Part shown: positions 35,201-43,742 of the stretch, piece by piece
How the letters are laid out: each line of letters starts with the position of its first letter
Numbering within the stretch: the first letter of the stretch is position 1
Virus record (IMG/VR): IMGVR_UViG_3300035182_000347
Location: 5,433-69,432 of that record
Length of the DNA stretch: 64,000 bases
Direction: 5' to 3' (one strand)
Origin: a virus
Translations under genes and position numbers: made by a program
Notes under the pieces: model-generated
Seen by the model: only the letters and a program-made list of their open reading frames with translations
Database searches by the model: none
Told to the model about the DNA's origin: nothing

Positions 35201-37271
35201 CGCCAGCGCCATGAACGGGCATGAGAAGGCCTACGCGACCATGCAGGACATGATTCGCTCGAAGATCGGGCAGTCATTCCAGCAGCACTACAACACGCTG
35301 AATCCATCCGCGCCCATGAAGCTCGGCCGGCAGGTCATACGCAACAACCTGAATCACCTTGACGCGGTTGATCCGCAGGCGCGCGCTGCACGCGAAGAGC
35401 AAGAGCGGCAACTGATCGACCGCCTGCGTGAACGCAACCAGGGCAAGTACGCCAGCGGTAGCGTCTCTGACAAGCTAGATGCCGAACGCGAACAGAAAGA
35501 AGCCTTCGAGCAGTCGCAAATGGGCTTCTTCTCGGCTGAGGCGGAACCGGATATGTTTGGCGATGCGCCAAAGCCGGCAAAGCCGCTGGCGGTAGATGAG
35601 CGCCATACCCTCGGGCATGCCGCAGAACGCACGCTGGCCGGCATGATGGGGGTGGTCGGGAAGAACTTCAAACCCGGTCAGCCGGTGAAGATATTCAATC
35701 CCACCATGTCCGGGACGGATGGGGTGCTACGGCAGCGCGCCATCAAGTTCATCGAGGCGAACAAGCGCATGTCTCTCGCAGCCGGGACAGGCAGCGGAAA
35801 AACTTCCATGATTCTGGGGGCGTACTCTCACTTGCAGGCGCAAGGCAAGGCGAAGAAAGGCATCATCGTTTGCCCCAGCACCGTGATAGGCGGCGTGGGT
35901 GCCGATGCCTTGCGCTTCATGGAGCCTGGCAAATTCAAGTTTCACTGTGACCCCGGCGCATCTTTCGAGGAGCGGCTGGCCTCCTACAAAGACCCGGAAA
36001 CGCATTTCTCGGTCGTTACGCATCAATCATTCCGCGATGACCTGCTGAAAATGGCTTCGATGAAGTCGGGTGAGGAATCGGGTGCGATTGCCGAAAAGAT
36101 GAGCACCATGAGCCGCAAGGAGCGCGCTTCCTTCATCAAGGACGTGCTCGCGCACCACGGCGTGAATTTCGATTTCTCGGCCATTGATGAAGGGCATAAC
36201 CTGCTTGATCGCGCCGGCAAAGATAATTCCATGATGTCGAACGTCATTGGTGGCGTCACGGATAATACGGAGTACATGATCAGTTCCACGGCTGACGTGG
36301 TAAAGAATGACCTCAGCGAACTGCACTCAGCATTGGAAAAGATTGACCCGGAACGCTACAAAGATCGCGATGCCTTTATGCGCCAGTACGGCGTCAATAC
36401 CGAAGGGGCGAAAGAAGCCCTTAGGCGTGAAATGGTCAATCGCGTCCTGCCGTTCAAGATTGAGCCAAAGGTGCGCACCGACAAGAAAGAGATTGCAGTC
36501 ACGCCATCGCCGGAACAGTCCGCGGCGCTGGCCGACCTGGACAAGAACATCGGCAAGGCGCGCATGGCGCGCATGGAAGGCAAGGTTGATGTAGCGGCCG
36601 TCAAGGCCATCTCGCCACGCCAGTTCAAAGACGCGCCGGTAGAACAGCACGAAGCCATCGCCAAAGAGCTATCGCAAAGCCTGGGCATCATCAAAGGCTC
36701 GGCGGTACGGGCGATTCTCGACGCTTACCCTAAATCATCCAAGATCGATGCGCTGGCGAAGATCGCCAACGAGCGCAAGGGCAAGCCCGGCGTGGTATTT
36801 GCGCATAGCCTGGAGGCCGTCGAGAACATCAAGAAGCGCCTTGAGGCGGATGGTCACCGCGTCGTCACGCTGACAGGCGGCGATTCATCGGCGGAGAAGG
36901 CGGCAAAGATTCGCGGTTTCAATCCAGACAAAGGAGACCGCACGCACGACATCATGGTGGCGTCGGACGCCGGCAGCACTGGGGCAAACCTGCAATCGGG
37001 ACAATGGCTGACTCAGTTTGACTCACCCATGACGGCCATGGTGCATGCTCAGCGACAGGGCCGCATTAACCGCGTTGGGCAGCGCAATAATGTCGAGCTG
37101 ATGGATTTGGTTTCCGATCACCCTTCGGAGCGAAAAGCCCGCGAACGCCTGAAAACCAAGTATGCGCTGCGCGACATGCTGACTTCGCCCATGGACAATC
37201 TGGACGATACCGGGCTTGCCGCCTTCCTGAATCAGCGCAAGGTGATACAGCAAAATGCCGAGCTGTTTTGA
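32235..37271 (+). CDS. polyvalent protein: inorganic-pyrophosphatase-like domain plus SNF2-like helicase
   Basis: EAGNYKK, ISIEN..GS.R, YGYI..TEG.DGD.IDVY, DEDK; AGTGSGKT, DEGH, QRQGRINRVGQ. Confidence 0.88.
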   Translation: MEKIILLIKAQPTPAQAEAGNYKKRKLAWRGLTISIENEAGSVRKGVGWRTKMLYPYGYINRTEGSDGDQIDVYIGPDEAADTVYVVHQRKYGDWGRYDEDKCMLNFSSESAARAAYLKHYDDPRFLGPITAIPVDEFVDKSLAANGRMVKSITLIFPNGNRHLVAGGDWAFDNTLAKSDLSPGQRWITVHSHSHGEGKGTPVLVQEVPHSPGVYHVIGGAGGKLNMLKMTGIKPQSSYKEHLAKKAKEKADQKKKLRERDKEMGIEKGKGKAREAVMSQKHEAQKGFIKKVAEKMGWKDEDLAPNIPANVSDVTRNKLEAKHHSELLRKAHQAVDLQRQNLLTDVVARQEAGIAPEPNEHDDSTLSTADLDDTRPQAKSGLGFSAHYAERAEAQGATQEVIQKEADEKKAARQAMLTDGQRSDIKHRGTVQAQIKEEIKAIREPVTKDVKAVLADAKSAVELLKAQNQLKAIEKSAGAAMKDIDEAKEVKAYNLEVSAPDDASIEEGIENDLRTIRTKAFLSAIDKEFDDPEKQIRQHVGAGAFNSVNSLAITKGGAALVDRSVVDVLGISGAAQVLVRRLYADLPADEMEKLVGEMEDYHLHHYMETSQDALKEAKDLHDAAKEIQLGEASHGDDFEAAREIGARRKACIEQAHQILGTALGEMEANAALVVALKGGRNDNPLEVPLGKIADEDAIRQARAIGLQRGDYSITKIAGNQVLTVTPGGMDRLAKPVDKAELERTRNTLDIINGGQDEDDWLPMGFSNRPDLALDLKPGVAATLAQPFAPSADLEQSLRDYIGGRTADGDSPSDIVADIQSSDFFDKAGNNEAYRAALDAVAPLKGKDGKMARAESLADAFNQYADTFVGGKASTLQRQNFTPDAVAQDALHRALADEPAGVVAYKPIGELSHDDQAVLRKYFYANVAHESPEAANLRERLETIGAHEPEKESVDMFGDTTINQEWYDWKAQRDTLAEEVNSASLNWQKYASAMNGHEKAYATMQDMIRSKIGQSFQQHYNTLNPSAPMKLGRQVIRNNLNHLDAVDPQARAAREEQERQLIDRLRERNQGKYASGSVSDKLDAEREQKEAFEQSQMGFFSAEAEPDMFGDAPKPAKPLAVDERHTLGHAAERTLAGMMGVVGKNFKPGQPVKIFNPTMSGTDGVLRQRAIKFIEANKRMSLAAGTGSGKTSMILGAYSHLQAQGKAKKGIIVCPSTVIGGVGADALRFMEPGKFKFHCDPGASFEERLASYKDPETHFSVVTHQSFRDDLLKMASMKSGEESGAIAEKMSTMSRKERASFIKDVLAHHGVNFDFSAIDEGHNLLDRAGKDNSMMSNVIGGVTDNTEYMISSTADVVKNDLSELHSALEKIDPERYKDRDAFMRQYGVNTEGAKEALRREMVNRVLPFKIEPKVRTDKKEIAVTPSPEQSAALADLDKNIGKARMARMEGKVDVAAVKAISPRQFKDAPVEQHEAIAKELSQSLGIIKGSAVRAILDAYPKSSKIDALAKIANERKGKPGVVFAHSLEAVENIKKRLEADGHRVVTLTGGDSSAEKAAKIRGFNPDKGDRTHDIMVASDAGSTGANLQSGQWLTQFDSPMTAMVHAQRQGRINRVGQRNNVELMDLVSDHPSERKARERLKTKYALRDMLTSPMDNLDDTGLAAFLNQRKVIQQNAELF

Positions 37272-37272
37272 C

Positions 37273-37294
37273 ATCGTGACGGCACAATAGGCAA
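37273..37294 (+). promoter_or_regulatory. putative late promoter, leaderless
   Basis: ATCGTGAC-GG-CACAAT-6 nt-ATG(37295). Confidence 0.75.
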
Positions 37295-39622
37295 ATGCCT
37301 ACCTACACACATGACCGCATGCCGGCGCTGCTGGCCTACTACGGCGACAAGCTCAAGCCCAAGGACAAATCGCCGCTGACATTCATGAAAGCGCACTTTG
37401 GTATTGCGGATGATCCGCTGGTGAAGGCCGTCGACAAGAAAGACACGCATACCTTGTCGATGTTTGGCCCGAATGATTCTGTGCAATACCAGGTGCGCAG
37501 TGACGGGCGCGGGCAGCGCTATCACCATACGATCAAGCAAGAGGATGAGCAGTCCGGCGAGGATGTGGGCGACGGGGAATCGAGCAAGGATGGACGCATT
37601 ACCGAAAAGACCGGATTGTTTGACGGAGAAACGATTACCGACGCAAAAGGCTTGCCATATCGAGTGCATTATCAGCGCAAAAGCCTGATTATTGCGCATC
37701 CGATTATCAACGGAAAGGCGCAAGTCAATAGAGATACCGCCATCCGATTCTGGGTTGACGCTGCGCGCATCCCGGCCGGAGAAAATGATAGGACTGATCC
37801 GGTCTATCGCGCCAATGAATTCATCAAATCACCGTCTGGCGCGGCGGGCTTTGTAGGCTCAACTCCTGATGCCGGTGAATTGGCCCCCATGGTTAGCCAA
37901 CAGAGTGATTCAACTATAGCCCAGCCAGCACCCGAAGGTAATGTCGTCAAAAAGTTTGGGGCGCGCGAAGAAAGCGACCAAGACAGGTCGTGGCGCGAGT
38001 GGGAGGAAAACTACGCGAAAGTCAGCGGCGCAGCCGACCTAACTACGCTCGACACAAAATCAATCGAGCGCGCGCTTGGCTATGGCGAATCGTTTGTGCA
38101 GCGCGAAAAACGGAAGGGGTGGGATGGTGGTGCGGTAAATTTTGACCTGATACGATCTATCGAAGTTGATCTTTACGCATTCAAGAGCGAACTCAAGGCG
38201 CGCGGTCTATACAAATCCTTCCCCCTCATCCTCTTCACCAAAGGCGGCAAGCCCGGCGCTCCAGGCCTGTACGAACGCGCCATCACCGGCAAGGACGGCA
38301 TCAAGCGCATCCATTGGATGAAGTTGCCGGGCGGCACAAAGACGGCGCATAATGACGCACAGGCTGAACTGTTCAATCCAGATGGAACACCGTACCAATC
38401 ACTTGAGACTCGCCGAGGCACCACCGACAAGCAACGGCACGTCGGCATGGATGCCCTCGCGGCGCTTAAGCGACGGGTCAATCTTCTACGGGATAATCGA
38501 GGATCGGCCGCCACCCTACTTGGTGCTCGTCTCTACGCCGGATTCGTCGCGTCAGGCGGGAATCAACTCACCGGCCAGAAGATAACCTCTCCCGCCGATC
38601 TGGCCGCGCTGGCGCAGGTCTATCGTGATCCGCGCTTCGAGACATTCCGCTGCATCTACCTGAAGGACAACGAGGTCGTCGGCGAAACCGCTTATTCATC
38701 GCGCCTGCCGGGTGCGGTTCTCATGCCGGAAGATTACAAGCGGCTTATTAAAAACGACAAGCAGCGCTTTGGGGCTAATGGGTATTACATACTGCACAAT
38801 CACCCGAGCGGGGAGTCGCGGCCATCGAAGGCCGATGAACAACTGACGGTCGACCTGAACGCGGCGGTATCGGGAATGCGGGCGCACGTCATCATTGACC
38901 ACAACGAGTATTCCGTAATCGAGAAAGGCGGCGCGGTACGCACGCATCAAGCGCCCGAGCTATCCGGCACGGACTATCACGCCACGCCATCAATCGACCA
39001 TCCACTGCTAGGCACAAAGCTCGGATCGCCAAAAGACGTTGCACTGGCCGCTAAGACGCTGCAACAGGAACTGAAGGCCGGCGCTCCGGTGCTGATCATG
39101 ACCAAGGGCTACCATTCGGAAGTCGATTTGATCGCGTCTGCCCCGCTATCACTAATGATGCAGAAAACAAGTCGCGTCAAGGCGTGGCTACGCGGCACTG
39201 GCCGTGCAGCAGGAGCCAGTGCCTATGCCTTCCTGGTCGTATCAAATTCCGACTACCAATCTCATTATGCTGCCTTGTCCAGTCTCATTGAGGATGGGAT
39301 TGTGACTGATGTTGTTTCGGAAAGCGGTATGTCCACTCGCGAGAAAAGGCCGCTAATGATCATCAATGACGATGTTTTCAGGCCGAGAAAGGCCGGCCGC
39401 AAGGTCGCCGAGCCGCAATGGCTTGAGGATGATCTGGTCGCGCAAGAACGCTACCTGACCGACGGCGCGAAGGCGCTGGGTTATGCCACGATAGACGATA
39501 TGGCCGTTGCCGACTACTCGGCATTCGAGCGTTTGGCGATGGATTGGCGCGCTGAACATCAGATAGAGGATGCGCTATATCAGCCGGCATCTGGATACAA
39601 TCAAGACGGGAAAAAGCCATGA
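37295..39622 (+). CDS. polyvalent protein with RadC-like JAB domain
   Basis: ITSPADLA...RDPRFETF...LHNHPSG...PSKAD...HVII. Confidence 0.85.
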   Translation: MPTYTHDRMPALLAYYGDKLKPKDKSPLTFMKAHFGIADDPLVKAVDKKDTHTLSMFGPNDSVQYQVRSDGRGQRYHHTIKQEDEQSGEDVGDGESSKDGRITEKTGLFDGETITDAKGLPYRVHYQRKSLIIAHPIINGKAQVNRDTAIRFWVDAARIPAGENDRTDPVYRANEFIKSPSGAAGFVGSTPDAGELAPMVSQQSDSTIAQPAPEGNVVKKFGAREESDQDRSWREWEENYAKVSGAADLTTLDTKSIERALGYGESFVQREKRKGWDGGAVNFDLIRSIEVDLYAFKSELKARGLYKSFPLILFTKGGKPGAPGLYERAITGKDGIKRIHWMKLPGGTKTAHNDAQAELFNPDGTPYQSLETRRGTTDKQRHVGMDALAALKRRVNLLRDNRGSAATLLGARLYAGFVASGGNQLTGQKITSPADLAALAQVYRDPRFETFRCIYLKDNEVVGETAYSSRLPGAVLMPEDYKRLIKNDKQRFGANGYYILHNHPSGESRPSKADEQLTVDLNAAVSGMRAHVIIDHNEYSVIEKGGAVRTHQAPELSGTDYHATPSIDHPLLGTKLGSPKDVALAAKTLQQELKAGAPVLIMTKGYHSEVDLIASAPLSLMMQKTSRVKAWLRGTGRAAGASAYAFLVVSNSDYQSHYAALSSLIEDGIVTDVVSESGMSTREKRPLMIINDDVFRPRKAGRKVAEPQWLEDDLVAQERYLTDGAKALGYATIDDMAVADYSAFERLAMDWRAEHQIEDALYQPASGYNQDGKKP

Positions 39623-39861
39623 GCCACGAACAGGCCACCGCCGAACTGCGCAAGCGCATTGGCCAAACAACCGCCCTCCTGCACCAATGCAAGGCGCAAG
39701 ATTGGGCGATTACCGAAGGCGCTACCAACAGGGCAAGGCAAGTCGAATCCCGTCTCGCGGAACTGCGTAGGACGGCGATTACCGATCCTGCTGCCGCCAA
39801 CGAGTATATGGAGCTGACAAAGGAGAAGGGCGCGCTGCTGCGCACACTGGCGAAGTCGTGA
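39619..39861 (+). CDS. hypothetical protein
   Basis: ATGA-coupled; ends LAKS*. Confidence 0.65.
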   Translation: MSHEQATAELRKRIGQTTALLHQCKAQDWAITEGATNRARQVESRLAELRRTAITDPAAANEYMELTKEKGALLRTLAKS

Positions 39862-39870
39862 CGCCATCCT
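39855..39870 (+). promoter_or_regulatory. putative late promoter (leadered)
   Basis: GTCGTGAC-GC-CATCCT; AAGGA SD before ATG 39910. Confidence 0.7.
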
Positions 39871-39909
39871 GTTTCCAGTCAACTACTTCCCCCATTAAAG
39901 GATTCAATT

Positions 39910-40218
39910 ATGACACTCTCCACTGATGCCGTAAAACGCCTGAAAACCGCCGTTACCTCCAATGCCGTTGGCGCAGAACTCGCTGCCGCCATCGATGCCT
40001 CCGGAAGCGGACCTGCCGCACTGGTCGCTGCATTGGCCGCATCAACCAATCTGCCGGCCGCCGCCTGTGCCGGCGCTGCAACCCCCTCGGCAACCAATGT
40101 CAATGCCGCCATAGACACCGTTTCCGCCGTTGCCGAAACGCGACTCGACAATCTGGAGATCAAGGTCAATGCGATTCTCGCAGCCCTCAAGGCGGCGAAC
40201 CTAATGGCATCGTCCTGA
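39910..40218 (+). CDS. putative head decoration/fibre protein
   Basis: Ala-rich; C-terminal KVNAILAALKAANLM; own promoter and terminator. Confidence 0.6.
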   Translation: MTLSTDAVKRLKTAVTSNAVGAELAAAIDASGSGPAALVAALAASTNLPAAACAGAATPSATNVNAAIDTVSAVAETRLDNLEIKVNAILAALKAANLMASS

Positions 40219-40240
40219 ACATTGATCACGCTCAGCAAAC

Positions 40241-40262
40241 AGCCAGCTTCGGCTGGCTTTTG
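40241..40262 (+). terminator. intrinsic terminator
   Basis: AGCCAGC-TTCG-GCTGGCT-TTT. Confidence 0.8.
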
Positions 40263-40274
40263 CTTTTAAGGAAG

Positions 40275-40297
40275 GTCGTGACGCCACACTCTCGGAC
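40275..40297 (+). promoter_or_regulatory. putative late promoter, leaderless or 1-nt leader
   Basis: GTCGTGAC-GC-CACACT-7 nt-ATG(40298). Confidence 0.8.
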
Positions 40298-41182
40298 ATG
40301 ATTACCGACGATCAACTACTGGCCACACTGCCCGATTTCGTGCGCTTTGACACGATGATGAAGGCCCGCCCTGCGACCGAGGGAGACGAGCGCCTTGTCT
40401 ATGTCGAAGCCTCCACCGAGGCACGCGACCAAGAAGGCGAAGTCGTTCTGTCGAAAGCACTGAAGGATTCGCTCGACGTATTTATGAAGTTCGGCGTAGT
40501 CGACCTGGATCACAAGTCCATGCCGTCGGTCGCGCAGAAATATGGCATCCCGCAAGAGGATTGCCCGAAGTGGATCGTTGGTCAACCGGTGGCAGTGCGT
40601 TTTGACGGTGACAAGACACTGGTCAAGGCCAGGCTCCGGCAAGGCGATACCCCGCTGGCCGCGCAAGCCAATCAGATTTGGGATGGGCTCACCAAGCTCA
40701 ATCCGCCAGATCGATACTACGCGTCGGTGGGTGGATCAGTCCTAGCGCGAGAGATTCGCATTGATCCAACGACAAAAGATCGCATCCCCGTCATCACCAA
40801 GACGCGATGGAACAATCTGGCCCTGAGCCTGCAGCCGGTTAATCAACACCTGGATGCCGCATCTACGGTGCCGATTGGCACCTTCGCCAAAGCCTTTGGT
40901 GGATTCGTGCTGAAGGCCCTTGAAGCCGGCTACGCTACGGACGCATCAGCCATGACTGGCGGGCAAGCGCTGTCCATGCAGTCGCTGGACCGCGGCATTG
41001 CCAGCTACTTTGATTTCCGCGAGCGCATCTCGGCGGATATTCGCGCCGGTAAAGTTGGTCGTGACGTTACAAAGTACGCCATGACTTCGTATGGCCTTTC
41101 TGCTGACAAAGCATCCACTTGGGCAGAGAAATTCCTGCAAGACATTACCCGTTCGTCGGCCAAAAACCGGCGTCTCACATAG
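40298..41182 (+). CDS. prohead protease
   Basis: ASTEARDQEGEVV, DLDH, SVGG, ALS.QPVN; position before scaffold and MCP. Confidence 0.8.
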   Translation: MITDDQLLATLPDFVRFDTMMKARPATEGDERLVYVEASTEARDQEGEVVLSKALKDSLDVFMKFGVVDLDHKSMPSVAQKYGIPQEDCPKWIVGQPVAVRFDGDKTLVKARLRQGDTPLAAQANQIWDGLTKLNPPDRYYASVGGSVLAREIRIDPTTKDRIPVITKTRWNNLALSLQPVNQHLDAASTVPIGTFAKAFGGFVLKALEAGYATDASAMTGGQALSMQSLDRGIASYFDFRERISADIRAGKVGRDVTKYAMTSYGLSADKASTWAEKFLQDITRSSAKNRRLT

Positions 41183-41192
41183 GAGAAATACA

Positions 41193-41804
41193 ATGTCGTA
41201 TGAACTGCTGCTGAATGACCTAGAGGCGCTGCAAAAGAGCTACGCCGCCGATGAAGACGATAAGGCCATTCGGGCCGCCGCTGAAGGTAACGACGAGGAA
41301 CTTGATGAAGATGGCAATCCCATCGCCAAGAAGCCTGCCGCCAAACCCGATGGCGACGAAGGCAAGCCGTTTGGTAAATCATTCACGTTGATTGCTGAGG
41401 ATGGCACAGAAGCCGAAGCGATTGATGGCACTGATCTGATCAAGTCGCTGCAAGATGAGGTGGTCGCACTGGGCCAATCCGCCAAGGATGAAAAAGAAGA
41501 CCTCACCAAGTCAATCACCATTCTGTCTAATGTCATCAAGAGCCAGGGGTCATTGATCAAGTCGCTGCAAGAGGATGTCGCCAAGCTGTCGAATCAAGGT
41601 GCCGGCCGCAAGTCGATCATGGCCCCTACGCAAGACATGGCGAAGAGCATGCAGCCCATCAGTACCGAAACCTTCATGATGAAAGCCAATGCCGCCTTCA
41701 ATGCCGGGCGGATCAGTGGCAAGGAATTGACCGTGTGCGATGTATCCATGCGCCACAACGAATCCATTGAACCGGCGCTAATCAGCAAGATTTTTGCCGA
41801 ATAA
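41193..41804 (+). CDS. scaffold-like protein
   Basis: AGGAG SD; acidic coiled coil with many LxKS motifs; between protease and MCP. Confidence 0.75.
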   Translation: MSYELLLNDLEALQKSYAADEDDKAIRAAAEGNDEELDEDGNPIAKKPAAKPDGDEGKPFGKSFTLIAEDGTEAEAIDGTDLIKSLQDEVVALGQSAKDEKEDLTKSITILSNVIKSQGSLIKSLQEDVAKLSNQGAGRKSIMAPTQDMAKSMQPISTETFMMKANAAFNAGRISGKELTVCDVSMRHNESIEPALISKIFAE

Positions 41805-41832
41805 ACGATTTACAACCTTCAGGACAATCAAA

Positions 41833-43341
41833 ATGAACCCGCAAGAACTCATGCAACAATTTGCCAGCATGCAAGCTGGTGGTGCCCCGGTACTCGGCGG
41901 CTCGGTCGGCGGCGCATTGGGCGATGCCCAAGAGCTGCAAAAAGCCTTGACTGCCAGCAATTACCAAACCGACGTAGCCAGCCTTACAGGCGGCGGCGCA
42001 ATGGGCGTGCAATCGCTCGATACTGCCATGAAGACCGTCGTGCAGGAAGAAGAGCACTTCGTCCTGTTCAAGAAGCTCCAGCAGTCTAACGCCACCAACA
42101 TCGTTGATGAATACACCCGCCAGAACAGCATCGGCGGCGTATTGGGCGGCTCCACCAATAGCCAGATGGGCGTTGTGCGTTCGGCGCAAGGCGAGTACAG
42201 CCGCGAAGTGGGCATGGTGAAGTTCCTCATGACGCTGCGTCAAGTCGGCTACGTGCTGAACATCGGCAAAAACATGGTCGAGCCGATGGCTGTTGAAGAG
42301 CGCAACGGCGCACTGCAACTGCTGACCGATGCCGAGTACCTGCTATTCCATGGCAATGCCGCTGCTTCGCCGACGCAATACGATGGCATCTTCACCCAGA
42401 TCGAAGCCGCCATCGCCGCTGGCAAGGTCAGTTCCGATCATGTGGTCGATATGCAAGGCGTCAAGCTCAATACCATCGAGCCATTCACCAAGCTGCAGGC
42501 TGCCATTCAAGACTACGGCAACTGGGGTCGCATCACCGAGACCTTCCTGCCTACGGCAGTGCAAACCGACCTGAACATGGGCCTTGATCCCGCCTTCCGC
42601 TGGAATGCACAGCCGAATGCCGTCTCCACCATCGGCGCACACGTCGAAGGTATCCGCCTGACCGAAGGCGTGTTAAAGACCAATATCGACACCTTCCTGC
42701 ATCACGGCGAATTCCCGATGGCCAAGCCGATTGAGCTGACCTGGCCGGCAACCGCTACCGCCAACGTCGCCTTCAAGCCGGCGTCCGTTACGGTCGATGC
42801 CACCACCAGCGACGCCTCCAGCTCGTTCAATACAGCCCGCGCCGGCAACTACTACTACGCGGTCGCTGGTGTTGGCGCGAATGGCGAAGGCTTGACGGCA
42901 GTTACGTTATCAGGTCAAACATCCATCGCTTCTGGCAAGAAAGCCGTGCTGACCATCACCGCATCGGGCGCAGCCAGCGAAAGTGGCTACGCGATTTACC
43001 GTTCGCGCCAGGATGGCACCAACGCCGTGTCCGACTTCCGCCTGGTCAAGATCATCCCGAAGGCGGGCGCAACGACCACCTTCACCGATCTGAACAAGGA
43101 CATTCCAGGTACGGTATCTGTGCCCTGCTTGAACATGAACCCGTCGTCCGATGCCATCGGCTGGCGTCAGTTCCAGCCGATGACCAAGATTCCCCTGCCG
43201 TTCGGTGTTGGCGGCGTCCCTGTGAATTCATGGTTCCAGTTCCTGTTCGGCTACCTCCGTGTGACCAAACCCAAGCATCACGGGTTCATAAAGAACATTC
43301 TACCCAGCTCGGCGACGTGGTTGCCGCACACCACGGTTTAA
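41833..43341 (+). CDS. major capsid protein (Twort/K-like)
   Basis: ELQKAL, QSLD, EY.LFHGN, QYDGI resemble recalled Herelleviridae MCP; followed by terminator. Confidence 0.9.
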   Translation: MNPQELMQQFASMQAGGAPVLGGSVGGALGDAQELQKALTASNYQTDVASLTGGGAMGVQSLDTAMKTVVQEEEHFVLFKKLQQSNATNIVDEYTRQNSIGGVLGGSTNSQMGVVRSAQGEYSREVGMVKFLMTLRQVGYVLNIGKNMVEPMAVEERNGALQLLTDAEYLLFHGNAAASPTQYDGIFTQIEAAIAAGKVSSDHVVDMQGVKLNTIEPFTKLQAAIQDYGNWGRITETFLPTAVQTDLNMGLDPAFRWNAQPNAVSTIGAHVEGIRLTEGVLKTNIDTFLHHGEFPMAKPIELTWPATATANVAFKPASVTVDATTSDASSSFNTARAGNYYYAVAGVGANGEGLTAVTLSGQTSIASGKKAVLTITASGAASESGYAIYRSRQDGTNAVSDFRLVKIIPKAGATTTFTDLNKDIPGTVSVPCLNMNPSSDAIGWRQFQPMTKIPLPFGVGGVPVNSWFQFLFGYLRVTKPKHHGFIKNILPSSATWLPHTTV

Positions 43342-43357
43342 TCGCCGACGAAACCAG

Positions 43358-43381
43358 CAGGGGCTTAGGCCCCTGTTTTTT
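43358..43381 (+). terminator. intrinsic terminator
   Basis: CAGGGGC-TTAG-GCCCCTG-TTTTTT. Confidence 0.85.
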
Positions 43382-43402
43382 CTCGTTTTAAGGAGAACTA
43401 AA

Positions 43403-43660
43403 TTGGCAAAAGTAATCTGCGCTCGCCCTAATGCCAGCAACTTGATCAACGGCGTGCCGTTTGAGGCTGAAGATGGGTTCATGGTCGCATACAACGTCAG
43501 CGATGAAGTGGCTGCGGTATTTGCTGAATGCGATGGATACCTCATCGAAAGCGATGGCAAAACTACTGCCGATGCGGATCAAACGGAAGGCGAAGACCAA
43601 TCGTCAAATGGTGGTGCTGCCCGTCGCGGCCGCAATCCCAAAGAAGTACCTGCCGCCTGA
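43403..43660 (+). CDS. small head-associated hypothetical protein
   Basis: AAGGAG SD with TTG start; RRGRNPK tail. Confidence 0.65.
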   Translation: MAKVICARPNASNLINGVPFEAEDGFMVAYNVSDEVAAVFAECDGYLIESDGKTTADADQTEGEDQSSNGGAARRGRNPKEVPAA

Positions 43661-43687
43661 AGCCGGCCAGCGTGCCGATCTCACACG

Positions 43688-43714
43688 AAACCCGCTCACG
43701 AGGCGGGTTTTTTT
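43688..43714 (+). terminator. intrinsic terminator
   Basis: AAACCCGC-loop-GCGGGTTT-TTTT. Confidence 0.85.
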
Positions 43715-43720
43715 GTTGCC

Positions 43721-43742
43721 GTCGTGACGCCATAATCAAGCC
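43721..43742 (+). promoter_or_regulatory. putative late promoter, leaderless
   Basis: GTCGTGAC-GC-CATAAT-6 nt-ATG(43743). Confidence 0.85.
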
